This document shows positions 51,601 through 64,000 of a stretch of 64,000 nt of DNA, piece after piece (the first letter of the stretch is position 1; each line of letters starts with the position of its first letter). Under the pieces are notes generated by a model that worked only from the letters and a program-made list of their open reading frames with translations, was not told the origin of the DNA and did no database searches. The DNA comes from Balanoglossus misakiensis (lineage: Eukaryota; Animalia; Hemichordata): positions 11,449,992 through 11,513,991 of the forward strand of contig CM082596.2 of assembly GCA_040954595.2 (NCBI GenBank), written 5' to 3'. The position numbers and the translations under genes are program-made.

Positions 51601-54600
51601 TACATCGTTTTTTATGTCGCATTGAATAGTTTTTGTGCCAAAATATTGTGTTTTAGTAAAACTTTCAATGAAATTATAGAATGATTAAAAAGTGTTTAAA
51701 AGCCTTAAATCGAGAAAAATTTTTAAAAGGAATTTAGAATGTTTATAATCCTAAATATGGGTGTGTTTGAGTTTGAAATCTCTATCTATTAATTTTTATT
51801 AAAAATGTGCGAGATGAAGTTCTTGGTCCCGAATATAGGATGGTTTTGTGTTATGTTCAAAGAAAGGTTTAAGAATGATTTATTAGTTTTCCAAAGGCTT
51901 AAATATGGGGGTAAATATATAGAAAAATGCTTGTTAAATCAATTCCGTTAAAAATACGCTATATGAATATGACATTGATTATAAAAGGTATTAAATATCT
52001 TTTGTGAAAAACTTAAGCGTGTTATAAAAAAAAAATTTCGAAAGGTTTTTAAAGATCCCACATTGTTTTTTAGCCTAAATAAGTGGTTTTGAATTTAAAA
52101 TGCATATTGAATCGTTTTTATTTAATACATGTGATATGAAACTGACAACGTTGTTGCATTCATGTTGAAATCGCTTGTTAAAACATTTTCATTTGAAATA
52201 AACAATGTGAATAAAAAACGATTTTATACCGAATTAATCACTTAAAGTGAAAGATAATGCGTTTTATATCAAATTTCAAAGACGGGTTTAATAATGATGT
52301 CAGGGTGTTTTTTATGACTAAATAAGTTTGTATTTAACTTTAAAATGCTTTACGGTTCATTTTTATTTAAAACCTGAAATATGGAACAAGCATTGTTTTA
52401 GTATAGTATTAAATAGTTTTCATTCCTAATAATTAATTTTTATATAATATACACAAAGAAAGGTTTAAGAATTATATATTACTGTTTTAGAGCTATATGC
52501 GTGTATTGATTTGTCGATTATTTATTTAATCATATTTTTTTTAAAATATACAATGTGAATAAAATATCGTTTTAAGCCTAAAATCGATTTGAATTCCAAA
52601 AAATCGCTTACTAAATAAATTATTTTCAAAATACGCAATGTTATTATCACATCGATTTTATATCAAATTAAACATTTTTTCGTCCCAAAATATCGCTTTT
52701 AATAAGTGAGGTTTTAAAATGATCCAACAGTATTTTCAAGCCGTAAATAGTTTTTTGAAACGTTTATTGTCTTTTTTAATATAAAATAGCAATATGGAAC
52801 ATACATCGTTTTTTATGTCGCATTGAATAGTTTTTGTGCCAAAATATTGTGTTTTAGTAAAACTTTCAATGAAAATTATAGAATGATTAAAAAGTGTTTA
52901 AAAGCCTTAAATCGAGAGAAAAATTTTAAAAGGAATTTAGAATGTTTATTATCCTAAATATGGGTGTGTTTGAGTTTGAAATCTCTATCTATTAATTTTT
53001 ATTAAAAATGTGCGAGATGAAGTTCTTGGTCCCGAATATAGGATGGTTTTGTGTTATGTTCAAAGAAAGGTTTAAGAATGATTTATTAGTTTTCCAAAGG
53101 CTTAAATATGGGGGTAAATATATAGAAAATGCTTGTTAAATCAATTCCGTTAAAAATACGCTATATGAATATGACATTGATTATAAAAGGTATTAAATAT
53201 CTTTTGTGAAAAACTTAAGCGTGTTATAAAAAAAAAATTTCGAAAGGTTTTTAAAGATCCCACATTGTTTTTTAGCCTAAATAAGTGGTTTTGAATTTAA
53301 AATGCATATTGAATCGTTTTTATTTAATACATGCGATGTGAAACTAACAACGTTTTTGTTACGTATTGAGCAGTTTTCTTGCAAAATAATGTTTTTTGTA
53401 ATACATTCAAAAGAGACTTTAGAATGATTAGAAACCGGTTCAACGCCTCGCAAAACATTTATATTGGAATTGCTTGATAAATCTTTTTTTTTTAGCTTAT
53501 TTGATATTTATTCAATACATATATAAATCACCACATCTATTTTATATCAGTTTTTGGAGTTTGAAATCAGTATCTAATAATTTTTATTAAAACGTGCGTT
53601 ATGGACCAAACATCGTTTTAGTATTGTATTTAAAGTTTTTGTCCACAAATTAATGGTGGTTTTGTATCATATTCAAAGAAATGATTTAGGATGATTTTAA
53701 AGTGTTCTGAAGCATTTAATCTTGTTGCATTCATGTTGAAATCGCTTGTTAAAACATTTTCATTTGAAATAAAAAATGTGAATAAAAAACGATTTAATAC
53801 CGAATTAATCACTTAAAGTGAAAAATAATGCGTTTTAAATCAAATTTCAAAGACGGGTTTAATAATGATGTCAGGGTGTTTTTTATGACTAAATAAGTTT
53901 GTAGTTAACTTTAAAATGCATTACGGATCATTTTTCATTTAAAACCTGAAATATGGAACAAGCATTGTTTTAGTATAGTATTAAAGAGTTTTCATTCCCA
54001 AATAATTAGTTTTTTTTTATAATATACACAAATAAAGGTTTAAGAATTATATATTACTGTTTTAGAGCTATATGCGTGTATTGATGTATCGATTATTTAT
54101 TTAATCATATTTTTTTTAAAATATACAATGTGAATAAAATATCTTTTTAAGCCTAAAATCGATTTGAATTCCAAAAAATCGCTTACTAAATAAATTATTT
54201 TCAAAATACGCAATGTTATTATCACATCGATTTTATATCAAATTAAACATTTTTTCGTCCCAAAATATCGCTTTTAATAAGTGAGGTTTTAAAATGATCC
54301 AACAGTGTTTTCAAGCCGTAAATAGTTTTTTGAAACGTTTATTGTCTTTTTAATATAAAATAGCAATATGGAACATACATCGTTTTTTATGTCGCATTGA
54401 ATAGTTTTTGTGCCAAAATATTGTGTTTTAGTAAAACTTTCAATGAAAATTATAGAATGATTAAAAAGTGTTTAAAAGCCTTAAATCGAGAGAAAAATTT
54501 TAAAAGGAACTTAGAATGTTTATAATCCTAAATATGGGTGTGTTTGAGTTTGAAATCTCTATCTATTAATTTTTATTAAAAATGTGCGAGATGAAGTTCT

Positions 54601-57600
54601 TGGTCCCGAATATAGGATGGTTTTGTGTTATGTTCAAAGAAAGGTTTAAGAATGATTTATTAGTTTTCCAAAGGCTTAAATATGGGGGTAAATATATAGA
54701 AAATGCTTGTTAAATCAATTCCGTTAAAAATACGCTATATGAATATGACATTGATTATAAAAGGTATTAAATATCTTTTGTGAAAAACTTAAGCGTGTTA
54801 TAAAAAAAAAAATTCGAAAGGTTTTTAAAGATCCCACATTGTTTTTTAGCCTAAATAAGTGGTTTTGAATTTAAAATGCATATTGAATCGTTTTTATTTA
54901 ATACATGCGATGTGAAACTAACAACGTTTTTGTTACGTATTGAGCAGTTTTCTTGCAAAATAATGTTTTTTTGTAATACATTCAAAAGAGACTTTAGAAT
55001 GATTAGAAACCGGTTCAACGCCTCGCAAAACATTTATATTGGAATTGCTTGTTAAATCTTTTTTTTAGCTTATTTGATATTTATTCAATACATATATAAA
55101 TCACCACATCTATTTTATATCAGTTTTTGGAGTTTGAAATCAGTATCTAATAATTTTTATTAAAACGTGCGTTATGGACCAAACATCGTTTTAGTATTGT
55201 ATTTAAAGTTTTTGTCCACAAATTAATGGTGGTTTTGTATCATATTCAAAGAAATGATTTAGGATGATTTTAAAGTGTTCTGAAGCATTTAATCTTGTTG
55301 CATTCATGTTGAAATCGCTTGTTAAAACATTTTCAATTGAAATAAAAAATGTGAATAAAAAACGATTTAATAACTAATTAATCACTTAAAGTGATAAATA
55401 ATGCGTTTTAAATCAAATTTCAAAGACGGGTTTAATAATGATGTCAGGGTGTTTTTTATGACTAAATAAGTTTGTAGTTAACTTTAAAATGCATTACGGA
55501 TCATTTTTCATTTAAAACCTGAAATATGGAACAAGCATTGTTTTAGTATAGTATTAAAGAGTTTTCATTCCTAAACAATTAGTTTTTTTTATAATATACG
55601 CAAAGAAAGGTTTAAGAATTATATATTACTGTTTTAGAGCTATATGCGTGTATTGATGTATCGATTGTTTATTTAATCATATTTTTTTCAAAATACACAA
55701 TGTGAATAAAATATCTATTTAAGCCTAAAATCGATTTGAATTCCAAAAAAATCGCTTACTAAATAAATTATTTTCAAAATACGCAATATTATTATCACAT
55801 CGATTTTATATCATATTAAAAATTTTAAAGTGAGGTTTTAAAATGATCCAAAAGTGTTTTCATGCCTTAAATAGTTTTTTGAAATGTTTATTGTCTTTTT
55901 TAATATAAAAAAGCAATATGGAAAATACATCGTTTTTTATGTCGTATTGAAAAGTTTTCGTGCCAAAATATTGTGTTTTAGTAATACTTTCAATGAAAGT
56001 TTTAGAATGATTAAAAAGTATTTAAAAGCCTTAAATGGAGAGAAAAATTTTAAAAGGAATTTGGAATAAGGAATTAAAAGGTGTTTGAGTTTGAAATCTC
56101 TATCTATTAATTTTTATTAAAAATGTGCGAGATGAAGTTCTTGGTCCCGAATATAGGATGGTTTTGTGTTATGTTCAAAGAAAGGTTTTAGAATGATTTA
56201 ACCTTTTTTTCAAAGGCTTGAATATGGGTGTAAATATATAGAAATTGCTTTTTAAATCATTTCCTTTAAAAATACGCTATATGAAAATGACATTGATTTT
56301 AAAAGGTATTAAGCATTTTTTGTGAAAAACTTAAGCGTGTTATAGAAAAAAATTTAAAAAGGTTTTTAAAGATTCCACATTGTTTTTTAGCCTAAATTGT
56401 TAAATCATTTCCGTTAAAAATAAGCATTTTTTGTGAAAAACTTAAGCGTGTTATAGAAAAAAATTTAAAAAGGTTTTTAAAGATTCAACATTGTTTTTTA
56501 GCCTAAATTGTTAAATCATTTCCGTTAAAAATACGCTATATGAATATGACATTGATTTCAAAAGGTATAAAACATTTTTTGTGAAAAATTAAGCGTGTTA
56601 TAGAAAAAAATTTCAAAAGGTTTTTAAAGATCCCACATTGTTTTTTAGCCTAAATGAGTGGTTTTGAATTTAAAATGCTTATTGAATCGTTTTTATTTAA
56701 TACATGCGATATAAAACTAACAACGTTTTTGTGTCGTAGTGAGCAGTTTTCTTGCCAAATAATGTTTTTTTGTAATACATTCAAAAGAGACTTTAGAATA
56801 ATTAGAAACAGGTTCAACGCCTCGGAAAATATTTATATTGGAATTGCTTGTTAAATCATTTTTTTTAGCTTATTTGATATTTATTCAATACATATATAAA
56901 TCAAAACATCTATTTTATGTCAGTTTTTGGAGTTTGAAATCAGTATATAATAATTTTTATTAAAACGTGCGTTATGGACCAAACATCGTTTTAGTATTGT
57001 ATTGTCCACAAATTAATGGTGGTTTTGTATCATATTCAAAGAAATGATTTAGAATGATTTTAAAGTGTTCTCAAGCCTTTAATCATGTTGCATTCATGTT
57101 GAAATCGCTTGTTTAAACATTTTCATTTGAAATAAACAATGTGAATAAAAAACGATTTTATACCGAATTAAACCATTCAAGTGAAAAGTAATGCGTTTTA
57201 TATCAAATTTCAAAGACTGGTTTAATAATGATCTCAGGATGTTTTTTATGACTAAATAAGTTTGTATTTAACTTTAAAATGCTTTACGGATCATTTTCAT
57301 TTAACACCTGCAATATAGAACAAGCATTGTTATAGTATATTATTAAAGAGTTTTCATTCCCAAATAATTAGGTTTTTTTTATAATATATACAAAGAAAGG
57401 TTTAAGAATTATAAGTTACTGTTTTGGAGCTTTAAATATGCGTGTATTGATGTATCGTAGGTTTATTTAATCACATTTTTACAAAATCTTTTTATATCTT
57501 ATTAAAAAGTTTTTTTTTATCAAAATGAGGGGTGTTTTATAGTATTTTCGACAAAAAAATTGATTTCAATGTTTTAAGCCTATTCATGTTGATTTTCTTT

Positions 57601-57620
57601 GTTTTGAAGCATAAATAAAT
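48600..57620. repeat. Satellite C: AT-rich repeat with near-identical ~1.2-kb and ~1.57-kb higher-order units; orientation flips at ~50.0 kb
   Basis: agtggttttgaatttaaaatgc occurs at about 50881, 52082, 53284, 54858 and 56657. Motifs before 50 kb are reverse complements of those after it. Confidence 0.9.
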
Positions 57621-58555
57621 ACATTTTATTAATTAGCTGGCAGAGGGAATTTGTAGGAGTTTGTTTCATTGACAGAAGTGAGTTCTTCCATGGTCATTAT
57701 CTTTGGGCGCGTTTAAAATTTGTAGGTTTTGGTTCGTAATAGCGTTTTGGTGTTGTTTAGTTGGGTATGCGTTTCTATTTATGCCAATCTTTACGTTAAG
57801 ATTTTTTGGGTGGTCTTCGAATATTGGGTAATGATAGGGCTAGGGTCAATTTTGATTTGGCTTGGGATGTTTGAGTTATGATAGGTTGGGTGACTGCCAG
57901 GATTTAAATTTGTGGTGGGTCTTGTGCGGTTTTGGGGATGGAGATCGGGGTGGTGATAGGGAGGCATGGGAATATGTTGGGGTAAAGTTGGCTGGTAGTG
58001 GTGATAGCTGACAAGGTAGTGAGCCTTAGTTGAAATTGAGAGTTGGATCTGTGATTGGTGTTTGAGTTATAACGTATTTTTTAAGAGTACAATTCTGGGA
58101 TTGACTTCGGTTTAAGGTAAGAAGTGGATTGGGTCGGTTAAGGTGGGGTCCCAGTAAGGATTAGGTTTCGGGATGAGTGTGGAAGGATGATATATTGGAT
58201 CAAATCTTTGGTCACCTATTTTCTACACATGGAAGGTTTTGGTTTGTAATAGAGTCCTGATGTTGTATTGTTGGAGTGGCAGAGTTTGGATTTGGATGCC
58301 AATCTTTAAGTTAAATGTTATTTCGTTGGCCGTCGGGTATTGATGTTTGGCTTGGGTGATGGTAGGTGAGCTAGGGCTATTTTGATTTGGTTTGGATTGT
58401 TTGGGTTATAATAGGTTGAGTGACTGCCAGAATTTAAATTTGTGGTTGGTGTAAGGTGTGGTGTAAGAGATGGAGGCATTATGGGTTCTTGTTCGGTTTT
58501 GGTGAAGGATGCCAGGGTGGTGATGGGGGGGGGGGGGGGCGAGTAGGAATACATT
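57620..58555 (-). repeat. Satellite B, inverted copy
   Basis: agtaaggattaggtttcgggatgagtg (~58153) is the reverse complement of the B marker. Confidence 0.9.
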
Positions 58556-58559
58556 GGTT

Positions 58560-60461
58560 TAAAGACCCTTTGACCCTTCAACTGTAATCCTTGACCCATG
58601 ACCCTTGATCCTTGATCTCCAACGCTTGAACTCTAATCCTTAACACTTGACCTTTGACCCATCAACCCTTGACCCCTTAACTCAAACTTTTTAACCTTTG
58701 AACTCTAACCCTTGACCTTTGACTGTTGAACTACAACCTTTGACCCTTGAACTCTATCACTTGACCATTTAACTCTAATACTTTGCGACTGACTCTTGGT
58801 CCCTTGACCTTTGAACCTTGACCTCTGACCCTTGAACCTTAAACCTTTGACCTTTGAACTCTAACCCTTGACACTTGAACCCTTGACCATTAAACTTTAA
58901 CGCTTGAAAACAGACCGTTGACCCTTGATCTCCAACTGTTGAACCCTAACCCTTGACTTTTGAACCTTCAACTCTAACCCTTGACCCTTGACCTCTTGAC
59001 CTTAACTCCAACTTCTGACTTTTGAACTCTAACCCTTGACCTTTGACCCTTGAATTGTAACCTTTGACCCTTGATCCTTGATCTCCAACTCTTGAACTCT
59101 AACCCTTGACCTTTGAACCTTCAACTCTAACCCTTGACCTCTTGACCTTAACTCCAACTTCTGACTTTTGAACTCTAACCCTTGACCTTTGACCCTTGAC
59201 CTTTGACCATTGAAATGTAACCTTTGACCTTTGACCCTTTGATCCTTGATCTCCAACTCTTGAACTCTAACCCTTGACCTTTGAACCTTCAACTCTGACC
59301 CTTGACTCTTGACCTCTTGACCTTAACTCCAACTTTTGACTTTTGAACTCTAACCCTTGACCTTTGACCCTTGACCTTTGACTCTTGAAATCTAACCTTT
59401 TACCCTTGACACTTTGACCGCTTGATCCTAGATCTCCAACCCTTGAACTCTAACCCTTGACCTTTGAACTTTCAAAACTACCCCCTGACCCTTGACCTCT
59501 TAAACTTAACTCCAACTTTTTACTTTTGAACACTAACCGTTGACCTTTGACCCTTGAACTATAACCTTTGACCCTGGAACTATATCACTTAAACCCTAAT
59601 ACTTGGCCACTGACTCTTGGTCCCTTGATCCTTGACCCTTGCAACTTTGACCCTTGAAATCTAATCTTTGACCCCTTGATTCTTGATCTCCAACTCTTGA
59701 ACTCTAATCCTTGACCTTTGAACCTTCAACTCTAACCCTTGACCCTTGACCTCTTGACCTTAACTCCAACTTTTGACTTTTGAACTCTAACCCTTGACCT
59801 TTGACCCTTGACCTTTGACTCTTGAAATCTAACCTTTGACCCTTGACACTTTGACCGCTTGATCCTAGATCTCCAACCCTTGAACTCTAACCCTTGACCT
59901 TTGAACTACCCCCTGACCCTTGACCTCTTAAACTTAACTCCAACTTTTTACTTTTGAACACTAACCGTTGACCTTTGACCCTTGAACTATAACCTTTGAC
60001 CCTGGAACTATATCACTTAAACCCTAATACTTGGCCACTGACTCTTGGTCCCTTGATCCTTGACCCTTGCAACTTTGACCCTTGAAATCTAATCTTTGAC
60101 CCCTTGATCCTTGATCTCCAACTCTTGAACTCTAATCCTTGACCTTTGAACATTCAACTCTAACCCTTGACCCTCGACCTCTTGACCTTAACTCCAACTT
60201 TTGACTTTTGAACTCTAACTCTTGACCTTTGACCTTTGACCCTTGACCCTTGACCTTTGACCCATGAATTCTATCCTTTGACCCTCCAACTCTTGAACTC
60301 TAACCCATGACATTTGAACCTTCAACTCTAACCCTTGACTCTTGACCTCTTGACGTTAATTCCAACTTTTGACTTTTGAACTCTAACCCTTGACCATTGA
60401 CCCTTGAAATCGAACCTTTGACCCTTGACACTTTGACCGCTTGATCCTAGACCTCCAACTC
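58560..60461 (-). repeat. Satellite A, inverted copy (TTGACCC/CTAACCC)
   Basis: tgatctccaactcttgaactctaacccttgacctttga is the reverse complement of A units; there is an internal ~430-bp duplication. Confidence 0.93.
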
Positions 60462-63400
60462 TTAGGGTTAGGGTTAGGGTTAGGGTTAGGGTTAGGGTTA
60501 GGGTTAGGGTTAGGGTTAGGGTTAGGGTTAGGGTTAGGGTTAGGGTTAGGGTTAGGGTTAGGGTTAGGGTTAGGGTTAGGGTTAGGGTTAGGGTTAGGGT
60601 TAGGGTTAGGGTTAGGGTTAGGGTTAGGGTTAGGGTTAGGGTTAGGGTTAGGGTTAGGGTTAGGGTTAGGGTTAGGGTTAGGGTTAGGGTTAGGGTTAGG
60701 GTTAGGGTTAGGGTTAGGGTTAGGGTTAGGGTTAGGGTTAGGGTTAGGGTTAGGGTTAGGGTTAGGGTTAGGGTTAGGGTTAGGGTTAGGGTTAGGGTTA
60801 GGGTTAGGGTTAGGGTTAGGGTTAGGGTTAGGGTTAGGGTTAGGGTTAGGGTTAGGGTTAGGGTTAGGGTTAGGGTTAGGGTTAGGGTTAGGGTTAGGGT
60901 TAGGGTTAGGGTTAGGGTTAGGGTTAGGGTTAGGGTTAGGGTTAGGGTTAGGGTTAGGGTTAGGGTTAGGGTTAGGGTTAGGGTTAGGGTTAGGGTTAGG
61001 GTTAGGGTTAGGGTTAGGGTTAGGGTTAGGGTTAGGGTTAGGGTTAGGGTTAGGGTTAGGGTTAGGGTTAGGGTTAGGGTTAGGGTTAGGGTTAGGGTTA
61101 GGGTTAGGGTTAGGGTTAGGGTTAGGGTTAGGGTTAGGGTTAGGGTTAGGGTTAGGGTTAGGGTTAGGGTTAGGGTTAGGGTTAGGGTTAGGGTTAGGGT
61201 TAGGGTTAGGGTTAGGGTTAGGGTTAGGGTTAGGGTTAGGGTTAGGGTTAGGGTTAGGGTTAGGGTTAGGGTTAGGGTTAGGGTTAGGGTTAGGGTTAGG
61301 GTTAGGGTTAGGGTTAGGGTTAGGGTTAGGGTTAGGGTTAGGGTTAGGGTTAGGGTTAGGGTTAGGGTTAGGGTTAGGGTTAGGGTTAGGGTTAGGGTTA
61401 GGGTTAGGGTTAGGGTTAGGGTTAGGGTTAGGGTTAGGGTTAGGGTTAGGGTTAGGGTTAGGGTTAGGGTTAGGGTTAGGGTTAGGGTTAGGGTTAGGGT
61501 TAGGGTTAGGGTTAGGGTTAGGGTTAGGGTTAGGGTTAGGGTTAGGGTTAGGGTTAGGGTTAGGGTTAGGGTTAGGGTTAGGGTTAGGGTTAGGGTTAGG
61601 GTTAGGGTTAGGGTTAGGGTTAGGGTTAGGGTTAGGGTTAGGGTTAGGGTTAGGGTTAGGGTTAGGGTTAGGGTTAGGGTTAGGGTTAGGGTTAGGGTTA
61701 GGGTTAGGGTTAGGGTTAGGGTTAGGGTTAGGGTTAGGGTTAGGGTTAGGGTTAGGGTTAGGGTTAGGGTTAGGGTTAGGGTTAGGGTTAGGGTTAGGGT
61801 TAGGGTTAGGGTTAGGGTTAGGGTTAGGGTTAGGGTTAGGGTTAGGGTTAGGGTTAGGGTTAGGGTTAGGGTTAGGGTTAGGGTTAGGGTTAGGGTTAGG
61901 GTTAGGGTTAGGGTTAGGGTTAGGGTTAGGGTTAGGGTTAGGGTTAGGGTTAGGGTTAGGGTTAGGGTTAGGGTTAGGGTTAGGGTTAGGGTTAGGGTTA
62001 GGGTTAGGGTTAGGGTTAGGGTTAGGGTTAGGGTTAGGGTTAGGGTTAGGGTTAGGGTTAGGGTTAGGGTTAGGGTTAGGGTTAGGGTTAGGGTTAGGGT
62101 TAGGGTTAGGGTTAGGGTTAGGGTTAGGGTTAGGGTTAGGGTTAGGGTTAGGGTTAGGGTTAGGGTTAGGGTTAGGGTTAGGGTTAGGGTTAGGGTTAGG
62201 GTTAGGGTTAGGGTTAGGGTTAGGGTTAGGGTTAGGGTTAGGGTTAGGGTTAGGGTTAGGGTTAGGGTTAGGGTTAGGGTTAGGGTTAGGGTTAGGGTTA
62301 GGGTTAGGGTTAGGGTTAGGGTTAGGGTTAGGGTTAGGGTTAGGGTTAGGGTTAGGGGTTAGGGTTAGGGTTAGGGTTAGGGTTAGGGTTAGGGTTAGGG
62401 TTAGGGTTAGGGTTAGGGTTAGGGTTAGGGTTAGGGTTAGGGTTAGGGTTAGGGTTAGGGTTAGGGTTAGGGTTAGGGTTAGGGTTAGGGTTAGGGTTAG
62501 GGTTAGGGTTAGGGTTAGGGTTAGGGTTAGGGTTAGGGTTAGGGTTAGGGTTAGGGTTAGGGTTAGGGTTAGGGTTAGGGTTAGGGTTAGGGTTAGGGTT
62601 AGGGTTAGGGTTAGGGTTAGGGGGGTTAGGGTTAGGGTTAGGGTTAGGGTTAGGGTTAGGGTTAGGGTTAGGGTTAGGGTTAGGGTTAGGGTTAGGGTTA
62701 GGGTTAGGGTTAGGGTTAGGGTTAGGGTTAGGGTTAGGGTTAGGGTTAGGGTTAGGGTTAGGGTTAGGGTTAGGGTTAGGGTTAGGGTTAGGGTTAGGGT
62801 TAGGGTTAGGGTTAGGGTTAGGGTTAGGGTTAGGGTTAGGGTTAGGGTTAGGGTTAGGGTTAGGGTTAGGGTTAGGGTTAGGGTTAGGGTTAGGGTTAGG
62901 GTTAGGGTTAGGGTTAGGGTTAGGGTTAGGGTTAGGGTTAGGGTTAGGGTTAGGGTTAGGGTTAGGGTTAGGGTTAGGGTTAGGGTTAGGGTTAGGGTTA
63001 GGGTTAGGGTTAGGGTTAGGTTAGGGTTAGGGTTAGGGTTAGGGTTAGGGTTAGGGTTAGGGTTAGGGTTAGGGTTAGGGTTAGGGTTAGGGTTAGGGTT
63101 AGGGTTAGGGTTAGGGTTAGGGTTAGGGTTAGGGTTAGGGTTAGGGTTAGGGTTAGGGTTAGGGTTAGGGTTAGGGTTAGGGTTAGGGTTAGGGTTAGGG
63201 TTAGGGTTAGGGTTAGGGTTAGGTTAGGGTTAGGGTTAGGGTTAGGGTTAGGGTTAGGGTTAGGGTTAGGGTTAGGGTTAGGGTTAGGGTTAGGGTTAGG
63301 GTTAGGGTTAGGGTTAGGGTTAGGGTTAGGGTTAGGGTTAGGGTTAGGGTTAGGGTTAGGGTTAGGGTTAGGGTTAGGGTTAGGGTTAGGGTTAGGGTTA

Positions 63401-64000
63401 GGGTTAGGGTTAGGGTTAGGGTTAGGGTTAGGGTTAGGGTTAGGGTTAGGTTAGGGTTAGGGTTAGGGTTAGGGTTAGGGTTAGGGTTAGGGTTAGGGTT
63501 AGGGTTAGGGTTAGGGTTAGGGTTAGGGTTAGGGTTAGGGTTAGGGTTAGGGTTAGGGTTAGGGTTAGGGTTAGGGTTAGGGTTAGGGTTAGGGTTAGGG
63601 TTAGGGTTAGGGTTAGGGTTAGGGTTAGGGTTAGGGTTAGGGTTAGGGTTAGGGTTAGGGTTAGGGTTAGGGTTAGGGTTAGGGTTAGGGTTAGGGTTAG
63701 GGTTAGGGTTAGGGTTAGGTTAGGGTTAGGGTTAGGGTTAGGGTTAGGGTTAGGGTTAGGGTTAGGGTTAGGGTTAGGGTTAGGGTAGGGTTAGGGTTAG
63801 GGTTAGGGTTAGGGTTAGGGTTAGGGTTAGGGTTAGGGTTAGGGTTAGGGTTAGGGTTAGTCTAAGTGGTTAGGGTTAGGGTTGGGTTAGGGTTAGGGTT
63901 AGGGTTAGGGTTAGGGTTAGGGTTAGGGTTAGGGTTAGGGTTAGGGTTAGGGTTAGGGTTAGGGTTAGGGTTAGGGTTAGGGTTAGGGTTAGGGTTAGGG
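60462..64000 (+). repeat. Telomere (TTAGGG)n
   Basis: About 3.5 kb of nearly perfect TTAGGG with the G-strand running toward the window end. Confidence 0.99.

Noticed and set aside
36540-60461. CRISPR-like repeat/spacer array
   Set aside because: There are no unique spacers and no cas genes; these are eukaryotic satellites.
60441-63227. 928-aa poly-LG/VR ORF
   Set aside because: It is simply the translation of (TTAGGG)n, not a gene.
62350-63890. Telomere variants (TTAGGGG, TTAGG, tctaagtgg at ~63861)
   Set aside because: They are sparse and distal, consistent with homopolymer or low-coverage consensus errors.

Overview
Eukaryotic chromosome end with a TTAGGG telomere. The repeat families and EGF exons suggest a marine invertebrate, possibly a deuterostome (inference only). 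(1) 1-9459 is a young Ty3/Gypsy LTR retrotransposon on the minus strand. Its single gag-pol frame is split by a 2.8-kb TA-duplicating non-autonomous DNA transposon. (2) 9.5-36.4 kb holds two diverged copies (offset about 18.8 kb) of a pseudogenised multi-exon gene with Cys-rich GCC2/3-type repeats followed by 123-bp exons encoding unusual 8-cysteine EGF modules. It is interspersed with L2/CR1 LINEs, a truncated Gypsy, MITEs and Helentron-like elements. (3) 36.5-60.5 kb is a mirror-symmetric subtelomeric satellite block, A>B>C>|<C<B<A, with the orientation flip near 50.0 kb. A is a 7-mer GGGTCAA/GGGTTAG satellite, B is about 600-bp units of degenerate CCCTAA-like sequence, and C is an AT-rich higher-order repeat. 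(4) 60462-64000 is perfect (TTAGGG)n joined abruptly in the middle of an inverted A unit, as expected for de novo telomere addition. No intact host gene, RNA gene or CRISPR array was found. All comparisons were made by eye.
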